A DNA stretch of 60,662 nt from an uncultured Clostridia bacterium (GCA_944372435.1 CALVZD010000001.1:1-60662); one strand, 5' to 3'; numbered from the stretch's first letter, positions 1 through 8,307 are shown. Notes: generated by a model not told the origin, from the sequence alone. Numbers and translations are program-made.

Positions 1-140
1 ATTTTCACCGTCTCACCTTGATTTGGAAGTGAGATGTAGGTGTTTTTTGATATGGCAATCTCAAACCCAATGCCGCCAACATCGAGCGACACACAATCCT
101 CTCTTTTTTCCTCTATAATCCCTACAAGAAATGATATCAT
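1..140 (-). CDS. ruvA: Holliday junction protein RuvA, N-terminal 46 codons only (gene runs off the left edge)
   Basis: Hand translation of the reverse strand from the ATG at 140-138 gives MISFLVGIIEEKREDCVSLDVGGIGFEIAISKNTYISLPNQGETVK, a RuvA-type N-terminus. GGAGAA SD at 150-145. It starts 10 nt after the ruvC stop. Confidence 0.85.
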   Translation of the reverse strand, partial: MISFLVGIIEEKREDCVSLDVGGIGFEIAISKNTYISLPNQGETVK

Positions 141-150
141 TGTTTTCTCC

Positions 151-639
151 TTAAACTCTGTTTGTGTTCAGGCGCGGACTCGTTTGTGCATGCGTCAAAG
201 CGACAGCAAGCGCATCGGCGGCGTCGTCTGGTTTTGGCACCTCTTTCAAGCCAAGTATGCTTTTTACCATAAACTGTATTTGCTTTTTTTCTGCCCTGCC
301 TTGCCCTGTCAGCGCTTGTTTGATTTGCATAGGTGTGTATTCAAAAATGTTTTCACAGAATTTTTGCGCAGTCAAAAGAATAACGCCTCTCGCCTCCGCC
401 ACTGGAATCACCGTTTTTTGGTTTTTGAAGTAAAACAGCTCCTCCACTGCCACAGCGTCTGGATGATAGGCTTCAAAGAGCGAGCACAAAGCAGACTCAA
501 TGTTTTTTAGCCTTATCGCGATTGAATCCTCTTTTGGTGTTGTGATAACGCCATAGTCGATGACTTTGTTGTTTTTTGATGTGTCGATCAGCCCAAAACC
601 TATGATCGCATATCCAGGGTCTATTCCAAGAACTATCAT
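151..639 (-). CDS. ruvC: crossover junction endodeoxyribonuclease RuvC
   Basis: ORF 151..885 trimmed to MIVLGIDPGYAIIGFGLID, the RuvC catalytic N-terminus. The 82 upstream codons only translate the promoter and repeat DNA. Confidence 0.9.
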   Translation of the reverse strand: MIVLGIDPGYAIIGFGLIDTSKNNKVIDYGVITTPKEDSIAIRLKNIESALCSLFEAYHPDAVAVEELFYFKNQKTVIPVAEARGVILLTAQKFCENIFEYTPMQIKQALTGQGRAEKKQIQFMVKSILGLKEVPKPDDAADALAVALTHAQTSPRLNTNRV

Positions 640-645
640 GTTAAA

Positions 646-675
646 AGTATAATACATCGCAGCTTTGAAAGTCAA
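646..675 (-). promoter_or_regulatory. sigma-A-type promoter of ruvC; geometry implies a leaderless mRNA
   Basis: On the reverse strand: TTGACT (675-670), 18 nt spacer, TATACT (651-646), then tttaac, then ATG (639). No SD-like purine run. Confidence 0.55.
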
Positions 676-719
676 ACAAAAATCCGCCTCTTGCGCTTTT
701 TGATGAAATTTGTGGACAG

Positions 720-801
720 CGCGCGCAAGCCCAAAATTTTGCTTTGCAAAATTTTTCGAGCCTGCAAGGTTCAGCTCGCGTGAGCGAGCGGCTTGCGCGC
801 G
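720..801. repeat. GC-clamped three-hairpin intergenic element, copy A
   Basis: Outer stem cgcgcgcaagcc (720-731) pairs with ggcttgcgcgcg (790-801). It encloses hairpins AAAATTTTGC/GCAAAATTTT (733-755), GAGCCT/AGGTTC (758-772) and GCTCGC/GCGAGC (774-789). Copy B at 4351-4438 has the same architecture. Confidence 0.6.
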
Positions 802-948
802 CGTTGATGAAAAATTTTTATATCCATCATGCGTTGATGAAAAATTTTTATATCCATCATGCGTTGATGAAAAATTTTTATACACATCATGCGTTGATGA
901 AAAACTTTTATACCCATCATGCGCTGATAAAAACTTTGCAAATCATTT
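801..948. repeat. 30-bp tandem direct repeat, 4 full units plus one decayed unit
   Basis: Unit gcgttgatgaaaaatttttatatccatcat at 801, 831 (identical), 861 (2 mismatches) and 891 (2 mismatches), with a degenerate unit from 921. Each unit carries an A5T5 tract. Confidence 0.95.
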
Positions 949-953
949 TGATA

Positions 954-978
954 TAAAAAAACGAGAGCTTTCTCTCGT
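954..978 (-). terminator. rho-independent terminator of yebC
   Basis: Reverse strand, right after the TAA: ACGAGAG-aaag-CTCTCGT followed by TTTTTTTATAT. Confidence 0.8.
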
Positions 979-1713
979 TTATTCTTCATCTGGAAGATTG
1001 ACGTTGTGATAAACCTCTTGAACATCATCGAGGTCGTTTAACACATCAAGCATCTTTTGAAATGATGCCAGCTTGGTTGCGTCGAGGTCGACATACATAT
1101 CCGGCACAAGCTGCGACTCCGCCATAACGACGTTGTATCCTGCATTTTCAAGCGCTTGTTTGACAGCACTCACCTCGTTTGGCTCCGTGGTGATTTCGAT
1201 TTCGTCATCCTCTTCGACGACATCTTTTGCGCCAGCTTCCAAAGCATCCATCATAAGGGCGTCGCTGTCAAGCCCCTCTTCTCTCGGCACGATAATTATG
1301 CCCTTACGCTGAAAGAGATAACTCACACAACCGTTTGAGCCCAAGCTTCCGCCATGCTTGTCGAAAGCGTGACGAACATCGCCTGCTGTGCGGTTTTTGT
1401 TGTCGGTCAAGCACTCCACGATGACCGCCGATCCGCCTGCGCCGTAGCCTTCATAGACGATCGCCTCATAGTTGACTGCGCCAAGTTCGCCGGAAGCTTT
1501 CTTTATGCTGCGCTCGATGTTGTCGTTTGGCATATTGTTCTGCTTTGCCTTTGAGATAACATCGCGGAGCTTGGCGTTAGAGGACGGGTCAGGTCCACCA
1601 GCTTTGACTGCAACTGCGATTTCGCGCCCAATTTTTGTGAAAATTTTGCTGCGAGCAGCGTCCATTTTGCCTTTTGTGGCTTGAATGTTGTGCCACTTTG
1701 AATGTCCTGACAT
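979..1713 (-). CDS. yebC: YebC/PmpR family DNA-binding transcriptional regulator
   Basis: [32 protein letters not shown] is the canonical YebC N-terminus. 244 aa. GGAGGAG SD. Confidence 0.95.
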   Translation of the reverse strand: MSGHSKWHNIQATKGKMDAARSKIFTKIGREIAVAVKAGGPDPSSNAKLRDVISKAKQNNMPNDNIERSIKKASGELGAVNYEAIVYEGYGAGGSAVIVECLTDNKNRTAGDVRHAFDKHGGSLGSNGCVSYLFQRKGIIIVPREEGLDSDALMMDALEAGAKDVVEEDDEIEITTEPNEVSAVKQALENAGYNVVMAESQLVPDMYVDLDATKLASFQKMLDVLNDLDDVQEVYHNVNLPDEE

Positions 1714-1724
1714 ATTTTCTCCTC

Positions 1725-2447
1725 CTAAATTTTGTTTTTTGTTAGCTCAAACATGACTATCGAACCGCTGACCGCCGCGTTCAAGCTTTCTATCCCACTT
1801 TTCATAGGGATTGTGATTGTCATTTTGCAAAGCGACCTTATCTCGCTGCTTGCACCGTTGCCTTCGTTTCCGATGACTATGCCCACAGCGGATTTTGGTG
1901 AAAAATTGAAGATGCTTTCACCCTTCATATCCGTGCAGACGAGATTAAGCATGTTGTCACTTGCAAATTTGCAAAACTCTGCCCTTTCCATAGAGTGAAC
2001 GGGTATGTTGAAAATCGCTCCTGCCGAGCTGCGAACGAGCTTTGGGTTGGTTGGCTTGACGCCGGAGATAACAAAAACTCTTTCCATGCCACTTGCCAAA
2101 GCGCTTCGGATCAGCGTTCCAACATTTCCTGGATCTTGAAGCCCATCCAAAACGAGAAAATGCGACTTCGGAGTTTCTACTATGGGTTGTGTGTATTCTG
2201 TCATAATACACACATTTTGTGGTGTTTTAACGCCAACTAGCTCCTTTAAAATCGATTCTTCTGCAACAAAAGTTGGGCAATCAAACTCGATGCCACAATA
2301 GTCCTTTGTCACCAGAGCGATCAAAGGTTTTTGACCACTTGCTATTGCGTCTTTAATGATTTTGTAGTTATCCAAAAAAAGCAAAAAATCGTTTTCTCTT
2401 TTTTGCTTTTTTAGTTCTTTGACAAGTGCTTTGCTTGCCTTTTGCAT
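1725..2447 (-). CDS. TrmH/SpoU-family RNA 2'-O-methyltransferase
   Basis: SpoU motifs [30 protein letters not shown] and [22 protein letters not shown]. Located after rplT, as in many Bacillota. Confidence 0.85.
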   Translation of the reverse strand: MQKASKALVKELKKQKRENDFLLFLDNYKIIKDAIASGQKPLIALVTKDYCGIEFDCPTFVAEESILKELVGVKTPQNVCIMTEYTQPIVETPKSHFLVLDGLQDPGNVGTLIRSALASGMERVFVISGVKPTNPKLVRSSAGAIFNIPVHSMERAEFCKFASDNMLNLVCTDMKGESIFNFSPKSAVGIVIGNEGNGASSEIRSLCKMTITIPMKSGIESLNAAVSGSIVMFELTKNKI

Positions 2448-2449
2448 AC

Positions 2450-2794
2450 TTAGGCCTTAACCTCACTCACAAGAGCGGCAAAAGCTGTTGGGTCTTTGAC
2501 AGCGATGTCAGCAAGCACCTTTCTGTTAAGATCGATGTTTTTAGCTTTAAGTCCAGCGATAAACTTGCTGTATGAAATGTCGTTGAGACGGCAAGCTGCG
2601 TTGATTCTGGTGATCCAGAGGCTGCGGAAGTCTCTCTTTTTTTGTCTGCGGCCGATGTAAGCATACATCCCACTTTTCATCACCTGCTCGCGAGCAACTC
2701 TGTAAAGCTTTGATTTTGCGCCGCGATAACCTTTGGCTTGTTTTAAAATTTTTCTTCTTTTCTTCAATGCGTTAACGCTTCTTTTAATTCTCAT
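2450..2794 (-). CDS. rplT: 50S ribosomal protein L20
   Basis: [34 protein letters not shown]; 114 aa. Confidence 0.97.
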   Translation of the reverse strand: MRIKRSVNALKKRRKILKQAKGYRGAKSKLYRVAREQVMKSGMYAYIGRRQKKRDFRSLWITRINAACRLNDISYSKFIAGLKAKNIDLNRKVLADIAVKDPTAFAALVSEVKA

Positions 2795-2806
2795 GTTCCG
2801 CCTCCA

Positions 2807-3001
2807 TTATTGTGCAAGAAGGGTTTTGATGTTTTTTGCGTTTTTGCCCGCAATATAGGAACCCTTTCTCAACTTTCTTTTTCTTGCTTGTGATTTTGTG
2901 GTCAAAAAGTGGCCTTTGGTTGGTCTTGCATATTTAACTTTTCCGTTTGCAGTGACATGAAAGCGTTTTTTTGCACCACTGTGTGTTTTTTGTTTTGGCA
3001 T
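2807..3001 (-). CDS. rpmI: 50S ribosomal protein L35
   Basis: MPKQKTHSGAKKRFHVTANGKVKY; 64 aa. Confidence 0.97.
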   Translation of the reverse strand: MPKQKTHSGAKKRFHVTANGKVKYARPTKGHFLTTKSQARKRKLRKGSYIAGKNAKNIKTLLAQ

Positions 3002-3018
3002 ACTCTTTCTCCTTTTAG

Positions 3019-3528
3019 TTATTTTTGTGGATTGACAACGGCTATGATGTTTCGGCCATTGACTTCTGGCTCTTTGTCGCAGGTGCCGTGACCAGCGAGT
3101 TTTGCGATAAAGTTTTTGACAACCTCAACGCAGGTTTTGGCATACGCCTGCTGACGACCTCTCATTCTGAGTGTGACTTTGACCTTGTTGCCCTCAGACA
3201 AAAATTTGATGGCATTTGTCACACGATATGCGATGTCGTGGTCACTGATCGTCATAGAGAGCTGAATTTCTTTGATCTCCATCGTTTTTTGGTTGCGGCG
3301 AAGTTCCTTTTCTTTTTTGATGGTGTCAAACTTGTATTTGCCATAATCCATCAATTTGCAAACGGCTGGTTTGGATGAGCCGTTCATAAGAACAAGGTCG
3401 AGGTCCTTTTGATCGGCGATCGACTGAGCTGAAGAGAGCGACATCACTCCAAGCTGAGCTCCATCCTCACCGATAAGCCTGACTTCGTCGGCGGTGATTT
3501 GATCGTTGATTAACAGTTCTTTAAAAAT
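3019..3528 (-). CDS. infC: translation initiation factor IF-3 with a non-canonical ATT start
   Basis: The frame extends upstream of the tracked ORF: (ATT)FKELLINDQITADEVRLIGEDGAQLGV.. In-frame TAA lies just upstream. GGAGA SD is 8 nt before the ATT at 3528-3526. ATT/AUU starts are typical of infC. Confidence 0.9.
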   Translation of the reverse strand: MFKELLINDQITADEVRLIGEDGAQLGVMSLSSAQSIADQKDLDLVLMNGSSKPAVCKLMDYGKYKFDTIKKEKELRRNQKTMEIKEIQLSMTISDHDIAYRVTNAIKFLSEGNKVKVTLRMRGRQQAYAKTCVEVVKNFIAKLAGHGTCDKEPEVNGRNIIAVVNPQK

Positions 3529-3691
3529 AGTCGTGGTCTCCTTTTATAAAAAAATTTGGCAGAACGCAAAAGTTCCACCAAAAATAACTTCATCCTAGCC
3601 TTTTTTAGGCCTGCAAATTTCAAGTCATTTTAACACGGTCTGAATCCTTTGTTCGACCGGTGAGAAGTGGTCTTCTGCTTTCGTCTTGATT
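3529..3691 (-). promoter_or_regulatory. long 5' leader of infC-rpmI-rplT; candidate L20-responsive leader
   Basis: About 160 nt lie between the promoter and the infC SD. Bacillota regulate this operon through an L20-binding leader. The fold was not verified here. Confidence 0.35.
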
Positions 3692-3721
3692 ATATTAGCA
3701 CAATCCGTTGCGCCCTGTCAA
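3692..3721 (-). promoter_or_regulatory. sigma-A promoter of the infC operon
   Basis: Reverse strand: TTGACA (3721-3716), 18 nt, TGc-TAATAT (3697-3692, extended -10). Confidence 0.6.
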
Positions 3722-3740
3722 GCGATTTTTGCAAGTTTTT

Positions 3741-4310
3741 TTAGTTTTTAAACAAAAATAGTCTTTCGATTACTCTGCCTAGCCGCAAGATTATACGGTT
3801 GGCGTGCTTGATCGCTCTGCCCTTCATAATCGCTTTAAAAAAGATGGTCAGGCCTGCTATGAGTGAGCTGACAAGAGTTGAGATAAGCACGACTATGCTT
3901 GGCGAAGAGATATTTTTTGAAAGAGACATTATGACGCAGGCTCCACCAGCGCCGCTCAAAATGCCACAGATGTCCCCCACAACATCCGCACAAAACGAGC
4001 AGACCTTTTCTGAGTGTCTGCAAAGTTTTAAGGCAACTTGTGCGCCCGGATGCTTTTTTTCGACAAGTTTTAAAAAATAGTCTTCATCGCAGCTTGTGAC
4101 CGCTATACCAATCATATCAAAAGCAACGCTGATCGAGATGAAAACCAAAATCAGCACTGTGGCTATCGCCGCGCCCAAAGTGCTCAAAATTGACTGACTC
4201 AAAAGCGAAAAAATGCTGGACAGACAGATTGAAACGACAAACATTTTAACTGCCCAGCGATAGCGTTTGAACTCGATCGTTTGAATTTTGGTTTTCTTGT
4301 CCTTTTGCAT
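3741..4310 (-). CDS. integral membrane protein, DUF21/CNNM-transmembrane-domain-like (uncertain)
   Basis: Four predicted TM segments. The segment AFDMIGIAVTSCDEDYFLKLVEKKHPGAQVALKL resembles the DUF21 core. ATG at 4310 (the tracked ORF begins one codon earlier at TTG). No SD. Confidence 0.45.
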   Translation of the reverse strand: MQKDKKTKIQTIEFKRYRWAVKMFVVSICLSSIFSLLSQSILSTLGAAIATVLILVFISISVAFDMIGIAVTSCDEDYFLKLVEKKHPGAQVALKLCRHSEKVCSFCADVVGDICGILSGAGGACVIMSLSKNISSPSIVVLISTLVSSLIAGLTIFFKAIMKGRAIKHANRIILRLGRVIERLFLFKN

Positions 4311-4350
4311 CAATATATTTATATTGATCGCGCGTTGCTAATATGATCCC

Positions 4351-4438
4351 TCGCGCGCGAGTCGCTTGAAAAAGCGAAAGAGCACCTTTTGAAAAAGGTG
4401 CTCAAAAAATTTTGCTTGCAAAATTTTGTCGCGCGCGG
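4351..4438. repeat. GC-clamped three-hairpin intergenic element, copy B (opposite orientation to copy A)
   Basis: Outer stem tcgcgcgcga (4351-4360) pairs with tcgcgcgcgg (4429-4438). It encloses TCGCTT-gaaa-AAGCGA (4362-4377), GAGCACCTTTT/AAAAGGTGCTC (4380-4403) and AAAATTTTGC-tt-GCAAAATTTT (4406-4427). Confidence 0.6.
4366..4403 (-). terminator. rho-independent terminator after proS (middle hairpin of copy B)
   Basis: Reverse strand: GAGCACCTTTTTCAAAAGGTGCTC followed by TTTCGCTTTTTC. Confidence 0.7.
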
Positions 4439-4468
4439 TATTATGTTATGTTTTTATAACAAAATAGC
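4438..4468 (-). repeat. 32-nt AT-rich hairpin repeat abutting the proS stop codon (decayed copy)
   Basis: ggtattatgttatgtttttataacaaaatagc (4437-4468) matches 29 of 32 positions of the efp terminator hairpin at 13391-13422. Confidence 0.7.
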
Positions 4469-4469
4469 T

Positions 4470-6170
4470 TTAATATACGATGATTTCATCAAGTTTTTTT
4501 GAAAGATTTTCCTCAGTTGCAAAGATCTTTTCGCCTGTTGCTCGCAGCGTGATTTCGATGTTTCCGTTTTCGATAGTCTTTGGGCTGATGACTATTCGAA
4601 CAGGTATGCCCATGAGCTCGCTATCCGTCAACTTGACGCCAGCTGAGGCGGCGCGGTCATCATACAAAACCTCAAAATTTTCTGCTTGCAGTCTGGCATA
4701 CAATTTTTCGGCCTGAGCTCTGACGCGTTCGTCATCCAGCCTTAATGGGCAAAGATAGATGTGCCATGGCGCAACTGCCATCGGCCAGCATAAGCCTTTT
4801 TCGTCGCTGCTCTCCTCTGCTATGCTTGCAAGGCATCTGCCGACGCCGATCCCATAGCAGCCCATAATTGGGTTCATCGCAGAGCCATCCGGATTGCTGA
4901 CAGCAAGCCCCATCGTTTTGGTGTAGCGCGTGCCGAGCTGAAAAATGTTGCCGATCTCGATACCGCGTTTAACAAGCAACTCATGGCCACAAACTGGGCA
5001 CTTTTCGCCCTCTTTGACTTTGGAGATGTCCACATATCTTTCTGGTTTGACATCTCGAGTCATGCTGACGCCGATAAAGTGATAGCCTTCTCTGTTTGCG
5101 CCTGTCACAAAGCTTTCTAGCCCTTCCAAGGATTTGTCATAATATATCTCAGCGCCCTCAACGTTGAGGTTCACGCAGCCTATGTTGCCTTTGACGAGCC
5201 CACTTTCAGACAGGTCCTTTATTGCGATGTCCGATCCAACCAGAATTTTTAGTTTTGCCTCATTGACCTCTTTGTCGCCGCGCAAAAAGGCAATCACCAC
5301 CCTTTTGCTGTCGCCAACGACGGCATAGCAAACCGCTTTTGCAATTTGTGAGGGGTTTTTGTTGAGGTTTGAGCACACCTCGTCGATTGTTTTGGCCTCG
5401 CCTGTGAAAACCTCGGTTTTGACGCCAAAGATATGCTCGTTTTCCTCTGGAATTGAGGTTGCAACGTCGACATTTGAAGCGGTGTCGCAGTGTGGGCAGA
5501 CTATGATCGTGTCCTCGCCGATATCGGTGAGCAGTTGAAACTCATCAGCAACTTTTCCGCCCATCATGCCTGAGTCAGAATGCACCGAAATCACTTTTTT
5601 CATGCCCATGCGATGAAAGATTCGAAAATATACGTCATACACTTTGCTGTAATAGCTTTCTAGGTCTTTTTGAGTGGCGTGAAAGGAATAGGCGTCTTTC
5701 ATGGTGAACTCTTTCACTCTTATAAGCCCTGCCCTAGGTCTTGCCTCATCGCGATATTTTGTTTGAATTTGATAGATCATAAACGGCAGCTGATCATAGC
5801 TTTTCAAACTGCCAAGAGCTGAGTGCACAGCCGCCTCTTCGTGCGTCATGCCAAGCACCATGTCGTGCCCTGTGCGGTCTTTAAAGCGCAACAGCTCCTC
5901 TGCGATCGAGTTGTATCTGCCCGAAAGCTCCCAAAGCTCGCGAGGCATCACGACTGGGAAAAGGCACTCCTGTCCGTCGAGCGCGTCCATCTCCTCGCGA
6001 ATTATCTGTTGCAGTTTCAGATTGATGCGTTGAGCCGGAGGAAGCAAAGTGTAAATTCCGTTTGACACCTGCTTTATGTAGCCCGCTCTGACAAGATAAG
6101 CGTGGCTTTTTGAGCTGGCTCCCGCAGGATTATCTTTCAGCCTTTCGCCGACAAGTTTTGATAGTTTCAT
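4470..6170 (-). CDS. proS: proline--tRNA ligase
   Basis: ORF trimmed to MKLSKLVGERLKDNP. AGGAGGAAGA SD. The ATG overlaps the xseB TGA (ATGA). Bacterial-type ProRS with an editing insert. Confidence 0.93.
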   Translation of the reverse strand: MKLSKLVGERLKDNPAGASSKSHAYLVRAGYIKQVSNGIYTLLPPAQRINLKLQQIIREEMDALDGQECLFPVVMPRELWELSGRYNSIAEELLRFKDRTGHDMVLGMTHEEAAVHSALGSLKSYDQLPFMIYQIQTKYRDEARPRAGLIRVKEFTMKDAYSFHATQKDLESYYSKVYDVYFRIFHRMGMKKVISVHSDSGMMGGKVADEFQLLTDIGEDTIIVCPHCDTASNVDVATSIPEENEHIFGVKTEVFTGEAKTIDEVCSNLNKNPSQIAKAVCYAVVGDSKRVVIAFLRGDKEVNEAKLKILVGSDIAIKDLSESGLVKGNIGCVNLNVEGAEIYYDKSLEGLESFVTGANREGYHFIGVSMTRDVKPERYVDISKVKEGEKCPVCGHELLVKRGIEIGNIFQLGTRYTKTMGLAVSNPDGSAMNPIMGCYGIGVGRCLASIAEESSDEKGLCWPMAVAPWHIYLCPLRLDDERVRAQAEKLYARLQAENFEVLYDDRAASAGVKLTDSELMGIPVRIVISPKTIENGNIEITLRATGEKIFATEENLSKKLDEIIVY

Positions 6171-6385
6171 TCTTCCTCCTCTATTTTTAGTCCGTCGATC
6201 GTGTTTTTGATCGTCAGCATTTTGCCTTTGACAAATTTCAAACTTTCGTGGCAAAATTTGATCAGCTCGCCGCCCTCTTCAAAAAGTTTGGAAGCCTCAT
6301 CCAAGGTTGTGCTTTGAGAGGACAACTTTTCGGTTATTTCACCGAGCCTTTCAATAGCCTTTTCATATGTCAATTTTTCAGTCAT
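6167..6385 (-). CDS. xseB: exodeoxyribonuclease VII small subunit
   Basis: 72 aa. MTEKLTYEKAIERLGEITEKLSS is the XseB pattern. Overlaps xseA. Confidence 0.9.
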   Translation of the reverse strand: MTEKLTYEKAIERLGEITEKLSSQSTTLDEASKLFEEGGELIKFCHESLKFVKGKMLTIKNTIDGLKIEEEE

Positions 6386-7502
6386 TTTTCACCTCTTCCG
6401 GCTGAGCGATCACCCTGCCGTCATAAAATGCGATCTCTATTTTTGATGATAGCACAACGGCTTTTGCGTTGTCAACAACTTTGCCGTTTTGCTCAATTTT
6501 TGCATAGCCTCTTTTGAGCACCGCCTTTGGATCGAGACTTGCAAGCGTCTTTTCCAAAAGTCCAAGCTCATATTCGTGGTCTTTGATAAGGCTGTCGCAA
6601 GCCATAATGAAAGAGTTTTTTGCGCTTTCAAAAGAAAGCTCACTGCTGTGAACCAGCCTGTCAAAAGCGTTTGTGAAGGCGACCGTCGCACTTTTAAGCT
6701 GCAACCTTTTTTTGCCGGTTTCGCTCGTCAAAAGTTCGGCAGCAGCGGATGGGGTTGGCGCGCGCAAGTCGCTGACAAAATCTATGATCGTAAAGTCGGT
6801 TTCGTGCCCAACCGCCGAGATCAAAGGCTTGTGACACTCAAACGCGGCTCTCGCAACTCTTTCGGTGTTGTAAGCGGCAAGATCCTCCATCGAGCCTCCG
6901 CCTCGCGCCACGATGATGACATCGATTTGGTCGAAATCAGAAAGCGCTTCAATCGCCCTTGCAATTTCTTCCTCTGCGCCTTTGCCTTGAACTTTGACAG
7001 GATAGAGCGCGATGTTAATCGAAGGGTCTCTTCGCCAGCTGACGCTGCAAATATCATGAATGACAGCCCCCTCTTTTGAAGTTATCACGCCGATCGTTTT
7101 GACGCTTGCAGGCATCGGCTTTTTTTTGCTTGGGTCAAAAAGCCCCTCTTTTTCCAGCTTTTCTTTCATCATCAAAAATTGCAGATAAAGCTCGCCCTGC
7201 CCAAATTTTTCGGCTTTGCTGACAACAAAAGAAAGCCTGCCGCCTTTGACATAATAGTTTGGCGAGCCGGTCACAACAAGCTTGGCGCCCTCTTGAATCG
7301 AGTCGAAAACAAAACTTGAAAAGCAGACGCAGCTGATCGAACTTGCCTCATCTTTGAGAGAAAAGTAAAGCACATTTCGCGTTTTTGAAACGCCAAAAAC
7401 TTCTCCGACAATCTTGATGTTGTGGAGAAGTTCTTCCGCGTCGAAAATCTGTTTTATATAAGTGCTGTATTGTGAAACTGTCAGCGTGCTGAGAGGAGTC
7501 AT
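6378..7502 (-). CDS. xseA: exodeoxyribonuclease VII large subunit
   Basis: N-terminal OB fold plus the catalytic region (IIVARGGGSMEDLAAYN). 374 aa. Confidence 0.9.
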   Translation of the reverse strand: MTPLSTLTVSQYSTYIKQIFDAEELLHNIKIVGEVFGVSKTRNVLYFSLKDEASSISCVCFSSFVFDSIQEGAKLVVTGSPNYYVKGGRLSFVVSKAEKFGQGELYLQFLMMKEKLEKEGLFDPSKKKPMPASVKTIGVITSKEGAVIHDICSVSWRRDPSINIALYPVKVQGKGAEEEIARAIEALSDFDQIDVIIVARGGGSMEDLAAYNTERVARAAFECHKPLISAVGHETDFTIIDFVSDLRAPTPSAAAELLTSETGKKRLQLKSATVAFTNAFDRLVHSSELSFESAKNSFIMACDSLIKDHEYELGLLEKTLASLDPKAVLKRGYAKIEQNGKVVDNAKAVVLSSKIEIAFYDGRVIAQPEEVKND

Positions 7503-7503
7503 C

Positions 7504-7881
7504 TCACTCCCCCTTTAACGCTGAGCTTAAAACGCCGTTGATAAATTTTGGAGAATCTGATGTGGAATAGAGCTTTGCGATCTCCACCACTTCGTTTATC
7601 ACCACCGGAGCCGGAATTTTGAGATAGTCGATTTCGGTCAGCGCCTCGCAAAGTAATGCGAGGTCTATTTTGTGAACACGATCGATCGAATAGCCAACGA
7701 GAAGTTTTGAAATTTTGTCCTCAATCGCTGCTTTGTTTTGCTGATAGGTTGAAAAAATCTGCCTTGCAAACTCGACATCCTTTTCGCCAAGTTCTGACCA
7801 TAGCTCGTCGTCGACAGGCTGCTCGGTGAAGAAACGCTCAAAAATCATTTTAAAGGCCTGCACGCGTGAATTTCGCCTCAT
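7504..7881 (-). CDS. nusB: transcription antitermination factor NusB
   Basis: Trimmed to MRRNSRVQAFKMIFE, starting right after the asp23 stop. Carries the NusB helical pattern. Confidence 0.88.
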   Translation of the reverse strand: MRRNSRVQAFKMIFERFFTEQPVDDELWSELGEKDVEFARQIFSTYQQNKAAIEDKISKLLVGYSIDRVHKIDLALLCEALTEIDYLKIPAPVVINEVVEIAKLYSTSDSPKFINGVLSSALKGE

Positions 7882-7882
7882 T

Positions 7883-8254
7883 TCACACTCCGCTATCGAT
7901 CCTGTCGCAAATGACTTCCATGATGTGAACATTGATGTTTGAAGCTTTTATTTCCACCATGCTGGAAAGGTTGTTTTTGACATTTTCTTGAATTTTAAAG
8001 GCAAGCTCTGGCACGCTTTCGCCGATATAGACGTCGACATAAACATCAACCTTGACCGCGCCGTTTGCGTCAAATTTGACGACAACGCCCTCGTCATCCT
8101 CTTTTTTTAGCAAGCGTTTAAGCCAAGAGCTTTTGCTTTTTGAAAGCCTTGCCACCCCTTTGATCTCTTTTGCTGCCAGGCTGACGATAGAAGACAAGAT
8201 CGCCTTGTCGCAAGTTATCTTTCCGCCCTCGCCATAAAGTTTTGTGTCTGCCAT
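7883..8254 (-). CDS. Asp23/Gls24 family envelope stress protein
   Basis: 123 aa with the SIVSLAAKEIKGVARL motif. Its position before nusB matches yqhY in Bacillus. Confidence 0.85.
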   Translation of the reverse strand: MADTKLYGEGGKITCDKAILSSIVSLAAKEIKGVARLSKSKSSWLKRLLKKEDDEGVVVKFDANGAVKVDVYVDVYIGESVPELAFKIQENVKNNLSSMVEIKASNINVHIMEVICDRIDSGV

Positions 8255-8278
8255 AAATTTCTCCTAATCTATGACATC

Positions 8279-8306
8279 ATTATAGCATAGTTTAAAAAAT
8301 TTGCAA
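8279..8306 (-). promoter_or_regulatory. sigma-A promoter of the asp23-nusB-xseAB-proS unit
   Basis: Reverse strand: TTGCAA (8306-8301), 16 nt, TGc-TATAAT (8284-8279). Confidence 0.6.
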
Positions 8307-8307
8307 A

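Noticed and set aside
640-885. N-terminal extension of ruvC (MYKNFSSTHDGYKNFSSTHDG...)
   Set aside because: It is a translation of the tandem repeat, the GC element and the promoter. The RuvC homology begins at MIVLGIDPG.
801-948. Possible CRISPR array, suggested by the regular 30-bp repeats
   Set aside because: The units are contiguous with no unique spacers, no cas genes are nearby and the repeat is AT-rich with an A5T5 core. It is a plain tandem repeat.
710-1028. ORFs 710..1009(+), 744..956(+) and 771..1028(-) encode decapeptide repeats (VDEKFLYPSC, MKNFYIHHAL, FHQRMMDIKI). They briefly looked like a multi-core RiPP precursor.
   Set aside because: All frames stay open only because 30 bp equals 10 codons. 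There is no SD, no maturation enzymes are nearby, and the ORFs run into the GC element or antisense into yebC.
6171-6254. 28-codon extension of proS (MPRKFEICQRQ...). Similar 5' extensions occur for nusB (7882-7932), spoIIIAA (13049-13111), uppS (26146-26205), rpsB (28477-28533), the TIGR04086 gene (31572-31619) and plsX (53263-53334).
   Set aside because: Each extension overlaps the preceding gene or lacks an SD. A downstream Met has a strong SD and matches the family N-terminus.
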